Source: Bacteroidia bacterium
Lineage (GTDB): Bacteria > Bacteroidota > Bacteroidia > NS11-12g > UBA9320
NCBI GenBank assembly: GCA_017857855.1
Contig: JAFMCI010000004.1
Span: forward strand, 1,665-65,664
Reading direction: 5' to 3'
DNA: 64,000 nt
This document shows positions 24,893-32,427 of the stretch, piece by piece; within the stretch, counting starts at the first letter, position 1; each line of letters starts with the position of its first letter. Below the pieces are notes generated by a model. It did not search any database. It was not told the DNA's origin and saw only the letters and a list, made by a program, of their open reading frames with translations. Both the position numbers and the translations under genes were made by a program.

Positions 24893-26122
24893 ATGCCGAA
24901 ATTCAACGACATATCTGATTTTGAAAATTTGCTCAAAGAGCAAATGTCAGGTCATAGTGCACCACCGCCAGTTGATGCTTGGACGGCTATTTCATCATCT
25001 ACAGCTCAAGCGGGAGGAATAATTAGTTCGCTATCAACCTATTTTAATGCTAGTGTAACACTTGTAAAAACTGGATTAATCATAGTTAGCATTGGAACTA
25101 TTAGCACCGTGGGCTATTTCCAAACTATTAATTCATTCGAAATTCCTCAAACAAAAGAGGAGAATACCCTTAGCCTACCGGAGTCTATTACAACGGATTC
25201 ACAGTCTACTTTTGTAACAATAGAATTAGCCGATAATACGATAAAGTCACCTAACGAAAACAGAACTAGTCGACGTGTAGATTCTAAAAAAACAAATCCT
25301 TCTAGGTCCGCGAGCGTTCCTCTCACCGTTGACACTTCATCTTCAACGCCTCAAAACTACACGAATCAACCCATCAAAACCTTAGAGAATAAAAGCAGTA
25401 CCCCACCCAGAATCACTGCGTCTAACTATAACCCATGTGTTGGAGAAACAGTGGTACTTAAAGCATCAGAAAAGGGCGATTGGTTTTTAAACGAAACTAA
25501 AGTGGCAAGCAACACAGCGGCATATAATGCCCAATGTCGAGATATAGGCACTTATACTTATTACTTTAAAACGGCAGAGATAACTACACGCACTTCATTG
25601 ACCGTTACTGAATTTAATGGGCAAATTATAAAAACTCAAGCGGAAAATGGACACTATTCATTTAGCTTAAGCAATCAAAATCTTATTGCAAACTGGTTTA
25701 TCAATAACAAGTTATATAGCACCAATGCTCCGTTCATCAATGTAACCTTAGAAACGGTCGGTAAACATCAGATTAAAGCAGTGGTAATTAATCATCCTTG
25801 TTCCAAAACCTTGACTTTTGACGTTCAATTAGCACCCATTGGTCACTTTGAAGCCATAAATATTTTCACGGTCGGAAACGATGGTTTGAATGACACGTAC
25901 AAAGTGAATATTTCGGGTTACGACAATTTTTCCATACAGATTTTTAACAGCAATTCTAATCTAGTATTCAGCACTTTAGATCCTGAAGAAGGTTGGGATG
26001 GAAGAATAAATAATATAGGAATAGAATGTCCTCAGGGTGAATATTTTGCCAGAGTTAGCTATAAGCTAAAAGGCGAATTACCTCAAATAAAAAATATAAA
26101 ATTAACACTATTACGTCCATAA
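24893..26122 (+). CDS. Anti-sigma-like single-pass membrane protein carrying a T9SS type B C-terminal domain
   Basis: It starts 4 nt after the sigma stop. It has a ~55-aa N-terminal segment, one hydrophobic span (VTLVKTGLIIVSIGTISTVGYF), an S/T/P/N-rich linker, Ig-like segments and a final ~90 aa (INIFTVGNDGLNDTYKV...IQIFNSNSNLVFS...GWDGRINN..CPQGEYFARVSY) that fits the type B CTD pattern. The anti-sigma role is inferred from position only. Confidence 0.6.
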   Translation: MPKFNDISDFENLLKEQMSGHSAPPPVDAWTAISSSTAQAGGIISSLSTYFNASVTLVKTGLIIVSIGTISTVGYFQTINSFEIPQTKEENTLSLPESITTDSQSTFVTIELADNTIKSPNENRTSRRVDSKKTNPSRSASVPLTVDTSSSTPQNYTNQPIKTLENKSSTPPRITASNYNPCVGETVVLKASEKGDWFLNETKVASNTAAYNAQCRDIGTYTYYFKTAEITTRTSLTVTEFNGQIIKTQAENGHYSFSLSNQNLIANWFINNKLYSTNAPFINVTLETVGKHQIKAVVINHPCSKTLTFDVQLAPIGHFEAINIFTVGNDGLNDTYKVNISGYDNFSIQIFNSNSNLVFSTLDPEEGWDGRINNIGIECPQGEYFARVSYKLKGELPQIKNIKLTLLRP

Positions 26123-26201
26123 TTTGAAAATTAACATGAACCTCATTAAATTTACCAACTTTTTGGATTTTAAAAACAAGAATAACAAACCGAATAAACG
26201 T

Positions 26202-29200
26202 ATGAATAAATCATTCAATTCAGCTAGCCTAACCAGGTATTTAGCGTCATTTGTGTTACTGGTGACAAGCTTCTTGGCTTACTCACAGTGTAACCCTAAG
26301 GTAATGTACAATGGAAATTGGTCCTCAACAGGGGTGTTTTGTTTAGGAGAAATTCTAAGTTTTGACGCTAACTCACCAGGTTACAACAGTAGCACTGTTT
26401 GGGATTTTGGTGATGCCGGACCTGGTACAAGTACGCAAGAAAAACCATCTTACAGCTACGCTACAGCAGGAACTTACACTGTAAAATATACGGGTACGGG
26501 AGGAGCAGGTACGTGCACAGGCACCGTTACGGTGATTGTAAGGCCTTCACCTGAGATACACGTTCGCCAGCTCGCAAATGATACGCAGTGTTACTCTGGC
26601 AACAGCTTCTGCTTTAGAGATTCGATTGTAGCGCCAGACGGCTCTATTGAGCGACTTGTAATGCTATTTAGTGACGGTACGAAAGTGGATACCACTTTTG
26701 CTGGAGGAGCTGGAAAACTAAAAATATTTGATTTTTGTGTAACTATAAACGATCCTGACGGCGGTTTCTTTGACATGGTCGTTGAAGCATATGACACCAG
26801 TGGATGTTTAACTAAATACACTTTTCAGGATTATATATATGTTCATCCTAAGTTAGGCATTAAGTTTGACAATATTACGCCAAAGCCTAATCCAGGTTGC
26901 GACTCCACACTCGGAGTCTTCCTTAACACATCACTTATAGCATTAGCAGATATCGATTCCTTTGTGTGGGATTTTGGGGATGGCACTATTCAAAAAGGTT
27001 CATCCACGGTGAATACGCAATGGTGGTTTGGCATTGACGGGAAAGACACGATAAAACACATGTACACTACCAACGGCACCTTTAATGGAACATTGTATGT
27101 TTCTGCCTATGGATGTAGTGAGACCTTTACTTGGAAAAATGCAGTTACCAACTTTGTGGTAGATCCAAAAATAGTATCTACACCCAATCCTGCTTGTGTC
27201 TCCGATAATCCCATCGAGTTTTCGGTTACCAATTTCAACACCGCAGGTATGTCTTCATTCTTGTGGAACTTTGGTGATCCTCCGTCTGGACCTGCCAATT
27301 TTGATAAAGATAATTTTAGCCCAACAGCTCACGGCTACGGACCTGGACCTTGGATGATTAGTTTACGTATTCAACAAGGCCCTTGTGATGTTACTATCTA
27401 TGACACTATTCAAGTAATAGGACCCATCTCAACCATTGGAGTTCCTTTTGATCAAGTTGCCTATAACCAAACCTATCAGTGTTTGATTACAGACTCTGTT
27501 CAAATGGTAAATAACTCCAGTTATTATCAAAATGATTACAATCAATTGGATGAAGATTCTATCGTTTTTTATTTTGATTATAGTTTTGATTATAACTTTG
27601 ACAACACCACTGGACTTACTAAATTCATAGTAAGAAAATGGAAAGAAGATAAAAACGGCAATAAAATATTGTCGGCAGACACTTTCCCAAAAACTGATAC
27701 GCTGTCTGTCATAGGGTATAAAGCCTACTTTGATACAGCTAAAGACTCCATCGCCGTAATAAACGGTACAGATACCGTTTGGCAAAAATACTATTACAAT
27801 GCCACAAGCTACAGAGGTGGTATAAACGGCCGAAAGCGTTATGCATTCAATTACATTCCACCAGTTGGAGGAAAAGGAGTGGGTACTGGTGATCAAACTG
27901 CCATTGATCCAAACTTAAATGTTAGAGACTATAATCCTAATGTTTGGAGAGTATGGTTTATGGATGATAGATATGCACCACAATGTACGACCGATAGCAG
28001 ACCATGGGTTAATAGAAATGTTGGGATTAATTGTAATTGGAGCATCGATAGTGTGCCAATACACTGGTATACGCCATGGGATGATGTTTACAGAACTTTT
28101 AATAATGGACAGAACTATAGAAGACCTAAGGTTGATAAGCGTTTGTTCAAAGAAGATACGATCTGTTATGAAGTAAATGTTTATTCTGACTCATTCATGG
28201 TTGTACCAAGGTTTATCTATATAAACATTCCAGCAGATTCTGCTTTTACCTACTTTATGCCTTATGACGGATTAAATCCTGCTGTAAACGGATACAGAGA
28301 TACTTTAGTAATTACCGCATCAACGCTTGGAAGAACTATACATTACATGGATAGCTCTCACTTGAGTGTTTTTCAACAAGAAACGTATATCGTAATTAAT
28401 AGACCTCCAAGTAGATTTATCGGAACTGAGTTTTACTATGATGCTGCTGTAGATTCTTTTTATGCAGTAAATAATTTAACCGATACCACCGTACTTGCTG
28501 CCGATCCATTAGGACGATGGAATAAAACTGCTGGCAACGGAACTACCAGATGGTCTACCACCACTAGCGAAATGAGTTTCTACGTTCCGGATGGTGTAAC
28601 CATCACCACTATAAATCTTCCAGCACCGGGTGGTGGAGGTGGAGTGCCTACTCCAGGCCCTTCGTACACCGGACCTAAGACCATTATTTTACCTGCAAAT
28701 ACGCAATTTACATTGCAATCTAAAGATTCATTGTTTAGTGCAGTGCATATACAAACAGTGGCTAGAACCACCACAAATGCGCTTCCATCCTCATATCCAT
28801 ACAAAGATATGTTTGGTAAAACTAGATTTGGTTCAGCCATTTTTGTTGATTCTGCACTGCATAGAGAAGATTGGTTTGATAATAATGCAGTTTGTTTTAA
28901 TGTAGTTTTATGGCAAAAAGACACTATTCATCCGCTTCTGTGTGAGTCTCAAGCGACTAAATCATTAGCGCTCGTTCCACCAAATGCAAAAGGATTAGAA
29001 TGGGTAGATGGTACACCATGTCCATTTACAGGTAACTTCCAATACATATTAGGTTTTGATATGGCAAATACTAAACCAGGTTGTACCCAATCGTGGTTTG
29101 CTGTAAACTATGATACCGTACAATTACCGACTAATCAAACTGGCTCTTGGGCGGTATTTAATGGTGGTGGGGTATTAGCTCCAAGTAGACCAGGTAGTGC

Positions 29201-32183
29201 ATTGCCATTCCAATTACCTTACGCAATTGTAGGAAACACAGGAACACAATTCCTTAAAGGTTACACTCCTGGTCAGATAGGTTCTGGTCAACGTACACCT
29301 GCAGGTTCGTTTACCGTAGGTTTAATAGTAGGTAACGGTGTGCCCCAAGCAAATGGATTACCTGCTTGTTTAGATACTGCTTACTATCCTGATATGTTCA
29401 GAATTCTGTATATGAATCCTGCATTTACTTTATTAAACAGCTCACCACACATGTGTGCAGGAGCTACTGCTTATTTCCAACTAGAAGATCCTATACAAGA
29501 TAGTATTACAGCACTTAGATGGAACTGGGGTTATCCAGGTAACGTAGGCCGTGGACCTCAACAAGGTGGTTATTCTGAAGAGTTTTATTACTACAAAGAA
29601 TATAATGGCCCTCAAGCTAATAGAAATGACGCCAATATCGCTTATAATGGTGAAAAATGGTTGTATAATTTTATCGTAAGGTACAATATAGATGACCTTT
29701 CGGGTACTAAACTGATCGATACTATTGTGGTAAATATTATCAAGAAGTGGGAGGTAGTTGCTTCTAAAAAGCAAGTTAGTAAGGAAGTAATTGACCTTTT
29801 CCTACGTGAAAATTTAGTTTATCAAGACATACCTGCCGCCGATATCCCATTCTACTTAGGTGATGGTTCTAATAATTGTGTTGATACCACAAGTTTTGGT
29901 TCATTCTTCCAATTTGGAATAAAAGCATACCATCAAAACTCTGATCCTGATGTATGGCAAGTTGGAGATAAACGTTACTTATGTAAAACCTATAACCCTG
30001 CTATAGTATCTGATACTACTTTCTTCGTGAATGGTTCGGGCAATAGGGTTCCTTCTTTAAAATATGCAGGTGTAGATTCGTTCACAACCATACAAGATGT
30101 TACAAATCGTAATAAGGCTAATTGTACAAGTTCAGAAGAAGTAACTCAAATACTTCACTTTAGAGATTCTTCTCTAAGAGGTTATGATACCTATGAAAGA
30201 GATATTGATAATGATGGCGTGATAGATGAAGTTATAACCGGTGTTTATAAGCATACCTACAGATATCCTGTGGTACGTGCAATTGACCCTTGCGATCCTT
30301 CGGTAAAAGATACCATTTGGGTGAATGCAAACGCGCCAATGACGCCTAACTTTAGATTAAACAACACAACTGGTTGTAGCGGATTTGGAGCGATATCTAT
30401 GAACGTTGGTTTCTACAACGACTTCTGGATGGATTCAACGGCTATTTGCCAAGGATTAACCTTATTTGTGGAAGATTCTATCAGATACTACCAGTTAGGT
30501 GAGCAAGATCCTCCTACCTACCCAATACACGATTTTGCACTATGGCAAGATCCTGCTAGATTTATTCCTAACATTGAAACCGTTTATTATGATTGGGACA
30601 GTACAGACGGTGTTTGGGATAATTACCAGTCTATAGTACCCAATCATTTCTATCCAGAACCAGGAAAATACACCATCACTATTATACCTAAAGATAGTAC
30701 AGGATGTAGAGATACCTCATACATCGATGTAACCATATCAAAGGTTAATCCTGTGATTTCATTTGCCACATCTTTAGTAAATTGTGCTTCTATTGTTGAC
30801 TTCAAGGATTCTACTTGGTACGTAGATCCGTGCGACACCTTATGTCCTAACGGCAATAATGTTTCGTGTGAGAAATTACTGACATGGAATTGGGATTTTG
30901 GAGATGATACCAGAAACAGTAAGCTTCAAAATCCTTCACACAACTTTACATCAGCAGGGACCTTTGATATTACCCTTACAGTTACTTCTCTGCTAGGTTG
31001 TGAAGAAACCATTACCAGAACTATCTATATACCTGGACCACAGCCTGATTTTGAATTTGACTTGGACGACTTTAATTTGAATGATACCGCTACTATATGT
31101 GTTGGTGATTCGCTACTACTAGTCAACAAAAGTAAAGGAGACATCACAACACCTAAATTCATAATGGACTGGGGAGATAAGACTTTTTCTCAACCAACCA
31201 ATACTACTGGGAAATTCGGACACACCTACAATAAGGCTGGAACCTATTTACTATTCTTAACTCAAGAAGACGAGATACCAGGTACATCTAGCAGATGTCA
31301 AAGAATGTTCCCCGATACGAATCCTGATATTCAAAATCAACGACGAATAGTTGTAATAGTAAAACCACTTCCAGATGTTAAAATTACTGCATCAAAGGAT
31401 ACTATCTGTTTAGGAGACGAGATTACCTTTAATGGGACGCTTGATCCAAGATACACCCGAGTAAAATGGGATATGGCACAATTAGATACTATAAATGGAA
31501 TTGTTCCTCAGGATACAATAGTTAAATATATCTTTAAACAACCTGGAACATTTACGGTAGTATTAAGACCCGAGTATGATTTATTACCTCGTTGTTGGGC
31601 AACGGATTCCGTAGATGTATTTGTACAATCGGTAACTGCAGCATTTGATATTATTCCTGATGGAGCTCCAGAATTCTGCTTTACGAATACTTCCACTACC
31701 AGTCCTTCTGGTAATGTCTTGACGTATGAATGGACGTTTGAAGATGAGACTCCTCCCGGACCAGGAAGTAGCACGGATACAGATCCTTGTTACAATTGGA
31801 ACGAGCACGTAGGTATTTATGAGGTATGTCTTATCGCTACTGATGTATTAGGATGTAAAGACACCGTATGCCAAGATATCGAAAATGTATTCCAAACGAA
31901 ACTTGTTCCTTACAACGTGTTTACACCTAACTCAGACGCTCAAGGGCTAAACGAAGAATTTGTAATTGAAGGTGAAAGCTTACAAGAATATCAAATTAAA
32001 ATCTTCAATCGTTGGGGCGAGCTAGTTTTTGAATCTACAGATGTGAAGTATTCTTGGAACGGAAAAGTTAAAAATAGCGGTAACGATTGCCCTGAAGGAA
32101 CATACTTCTATGTAATTAAATACATGTTTGAATTTGATGATAAATCAGAAACAATAGAAGGTACCGTTGACATTATCAGATAA
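26202..32183 (+). CDS. Giant (about 1990-2019 aa) PKD-domain adhesin-like protein with a T9SS type B C-terminal domain
   Basis: Signal peptide from ATG 26202 (MNKSFNSASLTRYLASFVLLVTSFLAYSQ). At least six PKD-like signatures are present (WDFGDAGPG...GTYTVKY, WDFGDGT..., WNFGDPP..., WNWDFGDDT...GTFDITLTV, MDWGDKT...GTYLLFL, YEWTFEDET...). The C-terminus FTPNSDAQGLNEEFVI...IFNRWGELVFES...WNGK...CPEGTYFYVIKY is a type B CTD. Confidence 0.85.
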   Translation: MNKSFNSASLTRYLASFVLLVTSFLAYSQCNPKVMYNGNWSSTGVFCLGEILSFDANSPGYNSSTVWDFGDAGPGTSTQEKPSYSYATAGTYTVKYTGTGGAGTCTGTVTVIVRPSPEIHVRQLANDTQCYSGNSFCFRDSIVAPDGSIERLVMLFSDGTKVDTTFAGGAGKLKIFDFCVTINDPDGGFFDMVVEAYDTSGCLTKYTFQDYIYVHPKLGIKFDNITPKPNPGCDSTLGVFLNTSLIALADIDSFVWDFGDGTIQKGSSTVNTQWWFGIDGKDTIKHMYTTNGTFNGTLYVSAYGCSETFTWKNAVTNFVVDPKIVSTPNPACVSDNPIEFSVTNFNTAGMSSFLWNFGDPPSGPANFDKDNFSPTAHGYGPGPWMISLRIQQGPCDVTIYDTIQVIGPISTIGVPFDQVAYNQTYQCLITDSVQMVNNSSYYQNDYNQLDEDSIVFYFDYSFDYNFDNTTGLTKFIVRKWKEDKNGNKILSADTFPKTDTLSVIGYKAYFDTAKDSIAVINGTDTVWQKYYYNATSYRGGINGRKRYAFNYIPPVGGKGVGTGDQTAIDPNLNVRDYNPNVWRVWFMDDRYAPQCTTDSRPWVNRNVGINCNWSIDSVPIHWYTPWDDVYRTFNNGQNYRRPKVDKRLFKEDTICYEVNVYSDSFMVVPRFIYINIPADSAFTYFMPYDGLNPAVNGYRDTLVITASTLGRTIHYMDSSHLSVFQQETYIVINRPPSRFIGTEFYYDAAVDSFYAVNNLTDTTVLAADPLGRWNKTAGNGTTRWSTTTSEMSFYVPDGVTITTINLPAPGGGGGVPTPGPSYTGPKTIILPANTQFTLQSKDSLFSAVHIQTVARTTTNALPSSYPYKDMFGKTRFGSAIFVDSALHREDWFDNNAVCFNVVLWQKDTIHPLLCESQATKSLALVPPNAKGLEWVDGTPCPFTGNFQYILGFDMANTKPGCTQSWFAVNYDTVQLPTNQTGSWAVFNGGGVLAPSRPGSALPFQLPYAIVGNTGTQFLKGYTPGQIGSGQRTPAGSFTVGLIVGNGVPQANGLPACLDTAYYPDMFRILYMNPAFTLLNSSPHMCAGATAYFQLEDPIQDSITALRWNWGYPGNVGRGPQQGGYSEEFYYYKEYNGPQANRNDANIAYNGEKWLYNFIVRYNIDDLSGTKLIDTIVVNIIKKWEVVASKKQVSKEVIDLFLRENLVYQDIPAADIPFYLGDGSNNCVDTTSFGSFFQFGIKAYHQNSDPDVWQVGDKRYLCKTYNPAIVSDTTFFVNGSGNRVPSLKYAGVDSFTTIQDVTNRNKANCTSSEEVTQILHFRDSSLRGYDTYERDIDNDGVIDEVITGVYKHTYRYPVVRAIDPCDPSVKDTIWVNANAPMTPNFRLNNTTGCSGFGAISMNVGFYNDFWMDSTAICQGLTLFVEDSIRYYQLGEQDPPTYPIHDFALWQDPARFIPNIETVYYDWDSTDGVWDNYQSIVPNHFYPEPGKYTITIIPKDSTGCRDTSYIDVTISKVNPVISFATSLVNCASIVDFKDSTWYVDPCDTLCPNGNNVSCEKLLTWNWDFGDDTRNSKLQNPSHNFTSAGTFDITLTVTSLLGCEETITRTIYIPGPQPDFEFDLDDFNLNDTATICVGDSLLLVNKSKGDITTPKFIMDWGDKTFSQPTNTTGKFGHTYNKAGTYLLFLTQEDEIPGTSSRCQRMFPDTNPDIQNQRRIVVIVKPLPDVKITASKDTICLGDEITFNGTLDPRYTRVKWDMAQLDTINGIVPQDTIVKYIFKQPGTFTVVLRPEYDLLPRCWATDSVDVFVQSVTAAFDIIPDGAPEFCFTNTSTTSPSGNVLTYEWTFEDETPPGPGSSTDTDPCYNWNEHVGIYEVCLIATDVLGCKDTVCQDIENVFQTKLVPYNVFTPNSDAQGLNEEFVIEGESLQEYQIKIFNRWGELVFESTDVKYSWNGKVKNSGNDCPEGTYFYVIKYMFEFDDKSETIEGTVDIIR

Positions 32184-32211
32184 GATAAGTCAGTATTTAA
32201 ATTAATAATAT

Positions 32212-32247
32212 GCCGCCTTGATGATTAATCATTAAGGCGGTTTTTTT
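32212..32247 (+). terminator. Strong intrinsic terminator after the giant adhesin gene
   Basis: CCGCCTTGATGATTAATCATTAAGGCGG is a near-perfect palindrome (stem of about 11 bp) followed by TTTTTTT. Confidence 0.85.
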
Positions 32248-32261
32248 ATGTTTAAAAAAAA

Positions 32262-32269
32262 TAACTTTG
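32262..32269 (+). promoter_or_regulatory. Bacteroidota -7 promoter box TAACTTTG for the riboswitch-metH transcript
   Basis: Exact TAnnTTTG, 5 nt upstream of the first P1 nucleotide of the SAM riboswitch. Confidence 0.5.
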
Positions 32270-32273
32270 CACT

Positions 32274-32393
32274 GCTTATAAAGAAAGACTGAGGGATTAG
32301 GCCCAGAGAAGTCTTAGCAACCTGAAAGCGAATGTTAACATGCTATTCAAGGTGCTACATCCTATCAAGAATATAAATCTTGAGCAGATAAGT
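32274..32393 (+). promoter_or_regulatory. SAM-I (S-box) riboswitch
   Basis: Conserved core in the correct order: P1 CUUAU (32275-79) / AUAAG (32388-92), AGA.AG, GAGGGA, GGCCC, GA, GCAACC, GGUGCUA.AUCC, a P4 hairpin UCAAGA/UCUUGA (32365-70 / 32378-83) and GCAGAUAAG. It sits directly upstream of a methionine-synthesis gene. Confidence 0.8.
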
Positions 32394-32427
32394 TTCTCTA
32401 CTCTCCTAATTTGTCAGCATATAATAA

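Noticed and set aside
27429-27896. 155-aa minus-strand ORF (and other 60-114-aa ORFs on both strands between 26.5 and 31.8 kb) within the giant adhesin gene
   Set aside because: These are shadow ORFs of a continuous 6-kb reading frame whose ends carry clear signal-peptide, PKD and CTD signatures.
26300-31900. Recurrent WDFGDG-type segments as possible DNA tandem repeats or a CRISPR-like array
   Set aside because: The repeats are PKD domains recognisable only at the protein level. I saw no conserved direct repeats with regular spacing at the nucleotide level, and the region is one uninterrupted ORF.
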